This document shows positions 8,929-18,464 of a DNA stretch of 36,261 bases, piece by piece (the stretch's first letter is position 1; each line of letters starts with the position of its first letter). The stretch is from Candidatus Limisoma sp. GTDB taxonomy: Bacteria; Bacteroidota; Bacteroidia; Bacteroidales; Muribaculaceae. Under the pieces are notes generated by a model. The model searched no databases and had not been told where the DNA came from. It saw only the letters and a program-made list of their open reading frames with translations. Both the position numbers and the translations under genes were made by a program. The DNA is taken from assembly GCA_051872175.1 (NCBI GenBank), contig JBJEDP010000071.1, positions 1 to 36,261 of the forward strand, in the 5' to 3' direction.

Positions 8929-9027
8929 GAGCGCGTTCCGTCGGCGGCAACTTTTTTGCTGCCGATGGCAATAAAACCACGGTCGTATCGTTATAGTATT
9001 GTTAGGAATTGCAATATACTATAACTT

Positions 9028-9609
9028 ATGTACGACTATCTACGAGGAGAAATTGCAGAAATAGCCCCGACGTATGCCGTTATCGACTGCGGTGGAGTGG
9101 GGTATTATGTGAATATTTCCCTCAATACATATACCGCTATTCAGAATCTTCGCGAGGCGAAAGTCTTTATCTATGAGGCTATTCGCGAAGATGCTTATAC
9201 CCTCTACGGCTTTCGCGACAAGCAGGAACGCGAAATGTTCGAGTTGCTAATCAGTGTGTCGGGCGTTGGACCGAACACGGCGCGAATGATACTATCGTCG
9301 CTGACGGTCGACGACCTTATGTCGGTAATTGCTTCGGGCAATTCCGGTATGCTCAAATCGGTAAAAGGCATCGGAGCCAAAACGGCGCAGCGCATCATTG
9401 TCGACCTCAAAGACAAGGTTGCCGGCGTCGGCGGTGCCGCTGCGGTTGCCGAGCAGGGCTCCGGCGAAACCTACGAAGAAGCGGTTGCCGCTCTCATTAT
9501 GTTGGGATTTACGCGTGCCGCCGTGCAAAAGGCTGTCGGTAAGTTGCTTAGGGAGCAACCAACCCTGAAGGTGGAAGAAATAATCAAGATGGCGCTTAAA
9601 ATTTTGTAG
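9028..9609 (+). CDS. ruvA: Holliday junction branch-migration complex subunit RuvA
   Basis: MYDYLRGEI...[19 protein letters not shown]-terminal OB domain, helix-hairpin-helix region ([34 protein letters not shown]) and C-terminal domain III. The protein is 193 aa. Confidence 0.93.
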   Translation: MYDYLRGEIAEIAPTYAVIDCGGVGYYVNISLNTYTAIQNLREAKVFIYEAIREDAYTLYGFRDKQEREMFELLISVSGVGPNTARMILSSLTVDDLMSVIASGNSGMLKSVKGIGAKTAQRIIVDLKDKVAGVGGAAAVAEQGSGETYEEAVAALIMLGFTRAAVQKAVGKLLREQPTLKVEEIIKMALKIL

Positions 9610-9616
9610 TTGCTTC

Positions 9617-12600
9617 ATGGCGTCGTTCAAAAAGAGATATCGTAAAACGGGAGTTCTCGCCGTGCTGTTATGCTTGGCGAGCTCGGTTATGGTGTTTCCG
9701 CAGTACAAGAAGTCGGAAATGACGCCACCGCCGCCGTTGTCGACTCAGACGCCGCAACCCGCCGACTCGTCGCGCTTGCACTATAAGGTGAAAAACACCG
9801 TGCCGACGTCCTACGACGAGGTGCTCTCTAACGAACGTAATCCCATCGACCTTCGCGACCCGTCGAACGTCAAATCGGAGGCGGAATACGACCCCACAAC
9901 GGGTTGCTACGTCGTGCGCACTCGAATCGGCGACCGCGAAATCGTTACGCCCTTCATCCTCTCGGCTGACGAATACAACAGCAAAGAAATTCGCGAGTCG
10001 ATGATGGAATACTATCGCAAGAAGAATTCCGAACTCTACGAAAATAAGGGCAAAGACAAGTTCAACATCTTCGATATGAAGTTCTCGCTCGGACCGTTGG
10101 AAAAGGTGTTCGGACCGGGCGGAGTGCAACTCAAAACGCAAGGTAGCGTGCAAGTGCAGATGGGTGTGAAGTCGAACAAAACCGACAACCCGGCGCTTCC
10201 GGCAAGCGCACGTCGCAAAACCTACTTCGACTTCGACCAAAAAATCCAAGCGACTGTCGATGCGTCGGTGGGCGATAAGTTGAAGTTCAACATGACGTAC
10301 AATACCGATGCAACCTTCGATTTCGACTCCAAGAACCTGAAACTCAAGTATGAAGGCAAGGAAGACGAAATCATCAAGAGCATCGAAGCCGGCAACGTGT
10401 CGATGACCACCGGTTCGTCGCTCATCAAAGGTAGCACGGCGCTTTTCGGTATGAAGACCAAGTTGCAGTTCGGCAAACTGACCGTGACGGCGCTTGTGTC
10501 GCAGCAGAACAGCGAATCGCAGACCGTCAACACCAAAGGCGGCGCACAGAAGACCGCGTTCAGCATCAATGCCGACGACTACGACAAAAACCGGCACTTC
10601 TTCCTGTCGCATTTCTTCCGCGAGCACTACGACGAATTCGCCTCGAAGTTGCCGTATGTGTCGTCGGGCATCAACATTACGCGCATCGAAGTGTGGATAA
10701 CCAATACGCGCAGCTCCTACAACGAGTCGCGCAACATTGTCGGCTTTATGGACTTGGGCGAAAATCGAGTGCTGCAGAGCAGTCATTGGACGCCCGACGC
10801 GTCGGTGGCAGTGCCTTCGAACAACAGCAATAGCCTGCTCAACGAAATCAAAACAGGCTATCCCGACGCTCGCTACATCAGTTCGGTGACGTCGGCGCTC
10901 GAGCCTCTGTCGGCTGTCGGCATCGAGGGCGGTCGCGACTTCGAGAAAATCGAGAGCGCACGACTGTTGTCGTCGAGCGAATACAAACTCAATGCCTCGT
11001 TGGGCTACATCTCGCTCACATCGGCTCTGAACGCCGACGAAATCCTCTGCGTGGCTTACGAATACACCTATCAAGGCAAAAACTACAAGGTCGGCGAATT
11101 TTCGAGCGACGTCACCGACACAAGCCAATCGCTCTACTTGAAGTTGCTCAAGGGCGCAACCGTGTCGCCGCAGTTCGCCAACTGGCGACTGATGATGAAA
11201 AACGTCTATTCGTTGGGCGCTTATCAAGTGCAGAAGCAGAATTTCAAGCTCAACATCAAGTATCTTAACGACACAACCGGCACAGCCGTGCAATATCTGC
11301 CCGTAGAGCCTATACGCAGTACGCCGTTGCTTCGCGTGATGAACCTCGACCGCCTCGACAGCAACAACGAGACCAATCCCGACGGTTTCTACGACTTCTT
11401 GGAAGGATATACCGTCGTTGCCTCGCAAGGCAAAATTATTTTCCCCGTTGCCGAGCCTTTCGGCTCCTATCTGGAGAGCAAAATTGCCGACCCCGACGAC
11501 GCCAAAAAGTATGTCTACAAAGAACTTTACGACTCTACGCAGACCGTCGCAAAGCAATTTCAAGACAAGAACAAATTCATCCTCGAGGGCGAATATCAAG
11601 CCTCGTCGGGCTCGCAGATTAGGCTTAACGCTATGAACGTGCCTCGCGGGTCGGTGGTTGTCACTGCCGGCGGCGTTACGCTTACCGAAAACAGCGACTA
11701 TACCGTGGACTACAACATGGGTATCGTCACCATCACCAACCAAAGCATCATCGATTCGGGGACGAACATCAGCGTGTCGCTCGAAAATCAGTCGCTCTAC
11801 AGCATGCAGCGAAAAACGTTGCTCGGACTCGACCTTAACTACGCTTTCAACAAAGATTTCAACATCGGTGGTACGCTCATGCATTTCAGCGAAAAGCCCC
11901 TTACCGAGAAAGTCAGCATCGGCGACGAACTTATCAACAATACGATATGGGGCATGAACATGTCGTACAACAAAAACTTTATGTGGCTGACAAATTTGGT
12001 CAACAAGATACCGACCGTCAACGCCACCGCGCCGTCGACACTCAGCGTACAAGGCGAATTCGCGCAACTCATCCCCCATAAGCAAAAAACCGGGACAAAC
12101 TCGGGTAGCTCGTTTATCGACGACTTCGAAACCTCGCAGAACACCATCGACATCCGTTCGCCTTATTCGTGGTTCCTGGCGTCGACGCCCTACGATTCGT
12201 CAGCCGACGCTCTCTTCCCCGAGGCGGCGCTGTCGAACAACGTTGACTACGGCAAAAATCGCGCCCTCTTGGCTTGGTACTACGTCGACCGTATGTTTAC
12301 GCAGAAAAATTCGTCGCTCTGCCCGGCTTATCTCAAGAACGACCTCCGTCAGATGTCGAGCCCCTATATCCGCGAGGTGACTACCAAAGAAATTTGGCCT
12401 AATCGCGAACTCAACTACGGCGAAGCATCGGCAATCCAGACGCTCAACCTGTCGTTCTACCCAACCGAACGCGGTCCGTACAACCTCGACGATACGAATA
12501 TCGACGCCGACTTCAACCTGCTCAATCCCGAGCGCCGTTGGGGCGGTATTATGCGCAAACTCGACAACACCAACTTCGAGTCGTCGAACATCGAATACAT

Positions 12601-15600
12601 CCAGTTCTGGCTTATGGACCCGTTTATCGACGACGTCGACGTGCCCAATACCAGCGAAGGCGGCGACCTCTACTTCAACCTCGGCGAGGTGAGCGAAGAC
12701 ATCCTAAAAGACGGTTTCAAGGCTTACGAAAACGGTAATCCCATCGACGGAAGCACCAACAAGACTCGCGAAACCGTGTGGGGTCGCGTTTCGACCGAAA
12801 CGTCGGTGGCTTATGCCTTCGACAACACCGCCGGCGCTCGTCGATATCAAGACGTCGGTCTAAACGGTTTGCATACCGATGCCGAATTCGAATTCCCGAC
12901 CTACAAGAACTACGTCGACAATCTGCGACTGAAACTGTCGCCCGCAAAAATTGCCGAACTCGAAGACGACCAATTCTCGCCCTTCAACGACCCTGCAGGC
13001 GACAACTATCACTACTACCGCGGCTACGACTACGACGAACAGCAAGCCGGAGTGCTCGAGCGCTACAAGCACTACAACGGTACCGAAGGCAACTCGCTCG
13101 GCGACGACGATAGCCGCGACCGTCTCTACCAATCGTCGCGCTCGGTGCCCGACGTCGAAGACATCAACCAAGACAACACGCTCAACGAGTATGAACGCTA
13201 CTACCAATATCACATCTCGTTGCGTCCGAAAGATATGGTTGTCGGCGAAAACTATATCACCGACAAGCAAGAATACATTGCAACCCTCCGTAACGGTCAA
13301 AAGCAAGCAACAACCTGGTATCAGTTCAAGATACCTCTCAAAGAATACGAAAAGAAGGTCGGCTCGATTTCCGATTTCTCGACAATTCGCTTCATTCGTA
13401 TGTTCCTCACCGGATTCCGCGAAACAACCCACTTGCGTTTCGCCACTATGGAACTCGTTCGCGGCGATTGGCGCACCTACGACTACAACCTCAATACTCG
13501 CGGCGAAACGCCCGCCGAGGGTCAACTCGCAATGTCGGTTGTCAACATAGAGGAAAACTCCGGACGCGAGCCGGTCAACTATGTGCTTCCGCCGGGCGTA
13601 AACCGCATTGTCGACCCCGGTCAGTCGCAAATCACGCAACTCAACGAGCAATCGCTCTCGCTGAAAGTTACCAACATCAAGCCCGGCGATGCCCGCGCCG
13701 TCTACAAGAATACGTCGCTCGACTTGCGCATCTACAAGCGTCTGCAGATGTTCGCCCACGCCGAACGACTCATCACCGACGTTGCCGGCGACCTTAAGGA
13801 TGGCGACTTCTCAGTGTTCTTGCGCCTCGGAACCGACATCAAGAACAACTACTACGAATACGAAGTGCCCGTGAAGCTCACTCCGGCAATTCAGGGTGGC
13901 GTGTTCTACAACAATAACAGTCAAAACGACCGCTACATCGTATGGCCCGAGCAGAACTTCTTCGACATCCACACCAGCGTGTTTACCGACGTCAAGAAGC
14001 AACGCAACCGCGAAAAGGCAGACCCGTCGAGCGGCGTCGGCTATACGACGGTCTACAGCGACTATGACCCGTATCACGATGGCAACCGCGTCAGCGTGAT
14101 TGGCAATCCGTCGTTGGGCGACGTCCGCGTGGTGATGGTTGGCGTGCGCAACAATTCGGCAAGCGAACGCAGCGGCGAGGTGTGGGTCAACGAACTCAAG
14201 GTGACCGACTTCGACGAAGACGGCGGTTGGGCGGCTAAGGCTAACGTAAACCTCGGCATCAGCGATATCGCTACCGTCAACTTTGCCGGACACATCGAAA
14301 CCGTCGGATTCGGCGGCGTCGACCAGAGCCTGGCAAATCGTCGCCTCGACGACTATAAGCAGTACAACGTAGCCACACAGGTCGACGTCGGTCGATTCCT
14401 GCCCGAAAAGGTTAAACTTAAAGCCCCGGTCTACTATTCGTTGACCAAAGAGAAAACGTCGCCGAAATACAATCCGCTCGACCAAGATATCCTCTTGGAA
14501 GACGCACTCGACAACGCCGTCGACAAGGCGGAACGCGACTCCATCAAGAATTACGCCATCGACCAATCGACGGTGAAGAGCTTCAGCGTGTCGGGCTTCA
14601 ACTTCGGCGTCAAGGGCAAAACGCCTATGCCGTGGGACCCCGCTAACTTTACGCTCAACTTCTCGTTCAACAAGCAAGAAAACATTTCGCCGACAATCGA
14701 GTATGAGCACATCAACGACTACCGCGGAAGTTTCCAATATGTGTTCTCTCCCTATTTCAAGCCGTTTAAGCCTTTCTCGAGCATTAAGAGTAAGTCGAAA
14801 AACCTGAAATTCTTCAAAGATTGGGAGTTCAACTACCTGCCGACGTCGATTAACTTCCTTACCAACATGACGCGCTACTACTACGAATTGCAGTCGCGCA
14901 ACGAGGCTGACATCAGCGTCGAAGTGCCCGTGTCGGTAAGCAAAAACTTCTATTGGGACCGTCAATTCCAGTTGCAATGGAACGTGACGAAGCAGTTGTC
15001 GCTGTCGTTCTCGTCGAACACAATGGCGCGCATCGAAGAGGCGATGGGTCAAGTCAACAAGAAGTTGTTCCCCGACCGCTACAAAGAGTGGCGCGACACC
15101 GTGTGGAACAGCATCAAGGGCTTCGGCACGCCGTGGAACTACGACCAAACCTTTACGGCGTCGTACAAGGCTCCGTTCAACAAAATTCCGGTGCTCGATT
15201 TCTTGACCGGTAACGTGTCGTACAACTCGACCTATAAATGGGACCGCGGCACCGAAATCGAAGGCAGCAGCGTGGGTAACTCGATTGCCAACAACGGTGT
15301 GTGGAACGTCGACGGAAAGTTTAATTTCGAGAATCTCTACAACAAGAGCAAATATCTCAAAGAGGTCAACAAACGTTTCTCCAACACGCAGCGTACGCAG
15401 ACCAAGCAGAAAAAACCGAAGAAATTCCAGCGCACGTTCCAACTCAACGATTCGACAGCCACCGAGGTGCGCCACAACTTGAAGACCAAGAAACTTCAAG
15501 TCAAGGCCACGACCCTCGACGGAAAGCCGTTCCCCATCAAGACGGAAATCGTCGACGACAACAATCTGAAGATTATTACCAAGGGTAAGCAAAACATCAA

Positions 15601-17071
15601 GGTGGTAGTCACCGAATCGCTCAAGGAAGACAAAAACATCTGGAAGGAAATCGGCGACCACGCAGCGCGTTTCGCCATGTCGGTGCGCAGTGCCTCGTTT
15701 AAGTGGCGCAACACGCACACGTCGAACATTCCGCAATTCATCCCCGACGTGGGCGACTTGCTCGGACAGTCGCGCAACTACGGGCCGATGTCGCCGGGTC
15801 TCGACTTCGCCTTCGGATTTACCGACGAGAGCTATTTGCAAAAAGCTATGGACCGCGGTTGGTTGCTGTGCGACCAAAACCAGACGTCGCCGGCAATCTT
15901 CTCGCGCACCGAAGAGTATACCTTCGAACTGCAACTCGAGCCGATTCGCGGATTGAAAATCCAACTTACGGCAAACCATACCGACAACCGTACCAACCAG
16001 GTGCAATTTATGTACGACGGCATGCCGACCACGCGCACAGGTAGTTTCAACATGACCACCTGCGCTATCCGCACCGCTCTGGGTCGTAGTAGCGCTGACG
16101 ACGGCTACAACAGCGACACCTACAACAAGTTTATATCCTATCTGCCGCAGATAGCACAACGCCTCGAGCAACGCTATGCAGGCTCCGTCTATCCCTCGAC
16201 GGGATTCCTCGAAGGCTCTGCCTACGCCGGACAACCCTACACCGACGGCGTCGGTGGGGTCAACCAGTCGAGCAGCGACGTGATGATTCCGGCGTTCATT
16301 GCCGCCTACACCGGAAAAGACCCAAACAAGGTCACACTATCGCCGTTCCCATCGCTGTCGAAGATATTGCCAAACTGGCGCGTGACCTACGACGGCCTTA
16401 TCAAAATCGGCAACCTCAAGAAGATTTTCAAGAGCCTGACACTCTCGCACGCTTATCAATGTACTTACAGCGTCGGGTCGTTCAACTCCTACCTCAACTG
16501 GGTGTCGATTGGCGGCGACCTCGGCTTTACTCTCGACGAACTGACGCAGCGACCCGTGCCCTCGTCGCCCTACAACATTTCGTCGGTGTCGATTACCGAA
16601 AAATTCGCTCCGCTCGTCGGTCTTGCCGCTACACTGAACAACAACTTGACTCTCAACGCCGAATATCGCGACAGCCGCACACTTACGCTTAACTCCGACG
16701 CCGGACAACTCGTCGAAGCAAATCAGCGTGGCGTGACCGTAGGCGCAGGCTATAAGATTGCAAACTTCAACTCGGTGCTCAAAATCAAGGGTAAACAGCA
16801 AGGCGTAAGCAACGACCTAACGCTCAATTGCGACTTCTCGCTTCAAAATACGCAAGCGCTTATCCGTAAAATTCAGGAAGGTACAAGCCAGGCAACCAGC
16901 GGTACGAAGTCGATGACCATCAACTTTACCGCCAACTATGTGCTCAGCAAGCGCATAACCCTCTCGGCGTACTTCGACCACCAAATCAACAAGCCGTTGA
17001 TTTCCTCATCGTCGTATCCGACCACCAACAGCAACTACGGCTTGTCGGTCAACGTCTCCCTCGCGAGGTAA
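9617..17071 (+). CDS. sprA: T9SS outer-membrane translocon SprA (Sov)
   Basis: 2484 aa with a signal-like N-terminus. The composition is beta-rich (aromatic, Asn and Gly rich) throughout. The gene starts 7 nt after the ruvA stop, and as far as I recall the ruvA-sprA neighbourhood is typical of Bacteroidota. The size and sequence character match SprA and nothing else I know. Confidence 0.9.
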   Translation: MASFKKRYRKTGVLAVLLCLASSVMVFPQYKKSEMTPPPPLSTQTPQPADSSRLHYKVKNTVPTSYDEVLSNERNPIDLRDPSNVKSEAEYDPTTGCYVVRTRIGDREIVTPFILSADEYNSKEIRESMMEYYRKKNSELYENKGKDKFNIFDMKFSLGPLEKVFGPGGVQLKTQGSVQVQMGVKSNKTDNPALPASARRKTYFDFDQKIQATVDASVGDKLKFNMTYNTDATFDFDSKNLKLKYEGKEDEIIKSIEAGNVSMTTGSSLIKGSTALFGMKTKLQFGKLTVTALVSQQNSESQTVNTKGGAQKTAFSINADDYDKNRHFFLSHFFREHYDEFASKLPYVSSGINITRIEVWITNTRSSYNESRNIVGFMDLGENRVLQSSHWTPDASVAVPSNNSNSLLNEIKTGYPDARYISSVTSALEPLSAVGIEGGRDFEKIESARLLSSSEYKLNASLGYISLTSALNADEILCVAYEYTYQGKNYKVGEFSSDVTDTSQSLYLKLLKGATVSPQFANWRLMMKNVYSLGAYQVQKQNFKLNIKYLNDTTGTAVQYLPVEPIRSTPLLRVMNLDRLDSNNETNPDGFYDFLEGYTVVASQGKIIFPVAEPFGSYLESKIADPDDAKKYVYKELYDSTQTVAKQFQDKNKFILEGEYQASSGSQIRLNAMNVPRGSVVVTAGGVTLTENSDYTVDYNMGIVTITNQSIIDSGTNISVSLENQSLYSMQRKTLLGLDLNYAFNKDFNIGGTLMHFSEKPLTEKVSIGDELINNTIWGMNMSYNKNFMWLTNLVNKIPTVNATAPSTLSVQGEFAQLIPHKQKTGTNSGSSFIDDFETSQNTIDIRSPYSWFLASTPYDSSADALFPEAALSNNVDYGKNRALLAWYYVDRMFTQKNSSLCPAYLKNDLRQMSSPYIREVTTKEIWPNRELNYGEASAIQTLNLSFYPTERGPYNLDDTNIDADFNLLNPERRWGGIMRKLDNTNFESSNIEYIQFWLMDPFIDDVDVPNTSEGGDLYFNLGEVSEDILKDGFKAYENGNPIDGSTNKTRETVWGRVSTETSVAYAFDNTAGARRYQDVGLNGLHTDAEFEFPTYKNYVDNLRLKLSPAKIAELEDDQFSPFNDPAGDNYHYYRGYDYDEQQAGVLERYKHYNGTEGNSLGDDDSRDRLYQSSRSVPDVEDINQDNTLNEYERYYQYHISLRPKDMVVGENYITDKQEYIATLRNGQKQATTWYQFKIPLKEYEKKVGSISDFSTIRFIRMFLTGFRETTHLRFATMELVRGDWRTYDYNLNTRGETPAEGQLAMSVVNIEENSGREPVNYVLPPGVNRIVDPGQSQITQLNEQSLSLKVTNIKPGDARAVYKNTSLDLRIYKRLQMFAHAERLITDVAGDLKDGDFSVFLRLGTDIKNNYYEYEVPVKLTPAIQGGVFYNNNSQNDRYIVWPEQNFFDIHTSVFTDVKKQRNREKADPSSGVGYTTVYSDYDPYHDGNRVSVIGNPSLGDVRVVMVGVRNNSASERSGEVWVNELKVTDFDEDGGWAAKANVNLGISDIATVNFAGHIETVGFGGVDQSLANRRLDDYKQYNVATQVDVGRFLPEKVKLKAPVYYSLTKEKTSPKYNPLDQDILLEDALDNAVDKAERDSIKNYAIDQSTVKSFSVSGFNFGVKGKTPMPWDPANFTLNFSFNKQENISPTIEYEHINDYRGSFQYVFSPYFKPFKPFSSIKSKSKNLKFFKDWEFNYLPTSINFLTNMTRYYYELQSRNEADISVEVPVSVSKNFYWDRQFQLQWNVTKQLSLSFSSNTMARIEEAMGQVNKKLFPDRYKEWRDTVWNSIKGFGTPWNYDQTFTASYKAPFNKIPVLDFLTGNVSYNSTYKWDRGTEIEGSSVGNSIANNGVWNVDGKFNFENLYNKSKYLKEVNKRFSNTQRTQTKQKKPKKFQRTFQLNDSTATEVRHNLKTKKLQVKATTLDGKPFPIKTEIVDDNNLKIITKGKQNIKVVVTESLKEDKNIWKEIGDHAARFAMSVRSASFKWRNTHTSNIPQFIPDVGDLLGQSRNYGPMSPGLDFAFGFTDESYLQKAMDRGWLLCDQNQTSPAIFSRTEEYTFELQLEPIRGLKIQLTANHTDNRTNQVQFMYDGMPTTRTGSFNMTTCAIRTALGRSSADDGYNSDTYNKFISYLPQIAQRLEQRYAGSVYPSTGFLEGSAYAGQPYTDGVGGVNQSSSDVMIPAFIAAYTGKDPNKVTLSPFPSLSKILPNWRVTYDGLIKIGNLKKIFKSLTLSHAYQCTYSVGSFNSYLNWVSIGGDLGFTLDELTQRPVPSSPYNISSVSITEKFAPLVGLAATLNNNLTLNAEYRDSRTLTLNSDAGQLVEANQRGVTVGAGYKIANFNSVLKIKGKQQGVSNDLTLNCDFSLQNTQALIRKIQEGTSQATSGTKSMTINFTANYVLSKRITLSAYFDHQINKPLISSSSYPTTNSNYGLSVNVSLAR

Positions 17072-17114
17072 GAGGTAAAAGGTAAGAGGTAAGGGGTAAT
17101 AGGTAAGAGGTAAG
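17066..17114 (+). repeat. Tandem heptamer array, 7 units: AGGTAAG x5, AGGTAAA, GGGTAAT
   Basis: The units occupy 17066-72, 73-79, 80-86, 87-93, 94-100, 101-107 and 108-114. The sprA stop codon TAA (17069-17071) lies inside the first unit. Confidence 0.9.
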
Positions 17115-17124
17115 ACTACTTCCG

Positions 17125-17213
17125 TTTATCCGCCCTTTCTAATCTGCTGATATTCAACGCTGAAGCTCTAAAATGCGAATAATATAGCTGTTTATCCGCC
17201 CATTTATCCGCCC
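17125..17213 (+). repeat. Three direct copies of TTTATCCGCCC. Two of them are part of longer 21-nt copies, (G/A)TTTATCCGCCCTTTC(T/G)A(A/T)TC.
   Basis: The copies are at 17125-17135, 17191-17201 and 17203-13. The extended copies are 17124-17144 and 17202-17222. A diverged relative (CGGCATTTTCTAATC) lies immediately 3' of the fic stop at 19051-19065. Confidence 0.85.
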
Positions 17214-17220
17214 TTTCGAT

Positions 17221-17263
17221 TCCTACTATTCTTGTTCGTAGTAGTATGAATAGTCGATGCCTT
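17221..17263 (-). repeat. 43-bp duplicate of the fic gene 3' end (left copy of a direct repeat; partner at 19064-19106)
   Basis: TCCTACTATTCTTGTTCGTAGTAGTATGAATAGTCGATGCCTT compared with TCCTACTCTTCTTGTTCGTAGTAGTATGAATAGTCGATACCTT gives 41/43 identity. The reverse complement of the left copy reads GIDYSYYYEQE**. The right copy is the true C-terminus, GIDYSYYYEQEE*. Confidence 0.9.
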
Positions 17264-17353
17264 TTTGTTTTGATTTTTTTATTGACAAATAAGCTGATTT
17301 TTTTGTCTGCTGTTAATTAAGTTTAAATATCGGCGTGTTTAGTCGTTTTGTGG

Positions 17354-17383
17354 TTGACAAATTGGGTAAAATATGTAAATTTG
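17354..17383 (+). promoter_or_regulatory. Candidate promoter of the HTH-ImmA/PIN module
   Basis: TAAATTTG (17376-17383) matches the Bacteroides -7 consensus TAnnTTTG. GTTG/TTGACA at 17353-17359 lies 19 nt upstream. The ATG at 17411 is about 28 nt downstream. Confidence 0.5.
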
Positions 17384-17410
17384 TAAACCGAAACAATTTA
17401 TGATAACACT

Positions 17411-18463
17411 ATGAATGCTCTATTTTCTTCACGACTAAAGCAAGCTCGGATAATGCAAGGGTTATCTATGGATGCTCTTTGCGAGAAAGCGGATAATGCA
17501 CTGAGTAAGCAGTCTATTTCAAAATACGAAACCGGAAAGATGATGCCCGATAGCAAGTCGCTGATAATCCTCGCAAACGCATTGGGTTTGAGTGTCGATT
17601 ATTTTTTTCGACCTCTTGGTGTCGTTGTTGAGAGAGTTGAGTTTCGCAAGAAATCTAAATTGGGCAAAAAGCAGGAACTCGCCATTAAAGAGGTTGTAAA
17701 AGACAATTTGGAACGTTATTTTGAAATAGAATCATTTAATGACATCAAGTCGGAATTTAAGCCGATATGTCGAAATGTTTTGATACAAAGCGAAGATGAC
17801 GTGTTCTCGTTTGTCACTCGCATAAAGAATGATTGGAAATTGGGCGAGGATGGTATCAATAATCTTATTGAGATTCTTGAAGAAAACCAAATCAAAGTTA
17901 TAGAAATAGATGCTCCGAATAGCTTTGACGGTTTAAGCGGTTATGTGAATGGCAAAAATCCGTTTATTGTGCTTAATCGGAATTGTAATAGCGAACGTAA
18001 GCGTTTTACGGCTTTGCACGAATTGGGCCATTTGATACTGACGTTCGATAGTTCAATCGACCAACGAGGAGTTGAGCAGTTGTGTCATCTTTTTGCAAGC
18101 GAAATGTTAATTTCAAAAGATGTGTTCATACAAAGAATCGGGCTGAATCGTAAAGACATTTCGTTGCAAGAGCTGCAAGACATTCAGATTCAATTCGGAA
18201 TCTCGATTGATGCTTTGATGCATAAGGCTTGGGCACTAAACATAATAACAGAAAGTCGCTATAAAACTTTTCATATAAAGAAGAATCGGAATCAACAATT
18301 CAAAGAAGAAGTTGACCGCAGTCGATATAAAACCGAGCAAACAAATCGATTTGTCAGATTGGTGTATAGGGCTTTGGCAAGTGAAATTATATCAATATCC
18401 AAAGCCGGTGTGTTGTTGAATGTGCCTGTGGGTGTTGTGCGTAACCAATTGAGTTTAGTGTAA
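17411..18463 (+). CDS. Fused XRE-family HTH / ImmA-IrrE (M78, COG2856-type) zinc metallopeptidase protein
   Basis: The N-terminal HTH reads RLKQARIMQGLSMDALCEKADNALSKQSISKYETGKMMPDSKSLIILANALGLSVDYF. The HEXXH zinc motif HELGH is at aa 203-207 (nt 18017-18031) in the context RFTALHELGHLIL, with a downstream E (FASEML). Confidence 0.85.
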   Translation: MNALFSSRLKQARIMQGLSMDALCEKADNALSKQSISKYETGKMMPDSKSLIILANALGLSVDYFFRPLGVVVERVEFRKKSKLGKKQELAIKEVVKDNLERYFEIESFNDIKSEFKPICRNVLIQSEDDVFSFVTRIKNDWKLGEDGINNLIEILEENQIKVIEIDAPNSFDGLSGYVNGKNPFIVLNRNCNSERKRFTALHELGHLILTFDSSIDQRGVEQLCHLFASEMLISKDVFIQRIGLNRKDISLQELQDIQIQFGISIDALMHKAWALNIITESRYKTFHIKKNRNQQFKEEVDRSRYKTEQTNRFVRLVYRALASEIISISKAGVLLNVPVGVVRNQLSLV

Positions 18464-18464
18464 A

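Noticed and set aside
8941-8965. A 10-bp hairpin (TCGGCGGCAA cttTT TTGCTGCCGA, one G-U pair) between the inverted-repeat element and ruvA, considered as the HTCS terminator.
   Set aside because: No U-tract follows on either strand, so it does not meet the pattern of the intrinsic terminators seen elsewhere in the window (5963-6006 and 29881-29914). I noted it only as a possible structure.
9668-12085. An 805-aa ORF on the minus strand, and a second of 807 aa at 13811-16234, both antisense to sprA.
   Set aside because: These are shadow ORFs. The + strand encodes a continuous 2484-aa protein with clear SprA character. The antisense translations are low-complexity (rich in V, R, H, F, D and E) with no motifs. 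The GC-rich third positions of the sense frame simply remove stop codons from the opposite strand.
17066-17114. The heptamer arrays as CRISPR or other spacer-containing arrays.
   Set aside because: The units are 7 nt long and directly abut each other with no spacers. No cas genes are present.
17246-17320. A 24-codon hydrophobic mini-ORF (MNSRCLFVLIFLLTNKLIFLSAVN) starting inside the fic-end remnant.
   Set aside because: It is short and lies in an AT-rich promoter region where such ORFs arise by chance. I could see no upstream promoter or conservation evidence.
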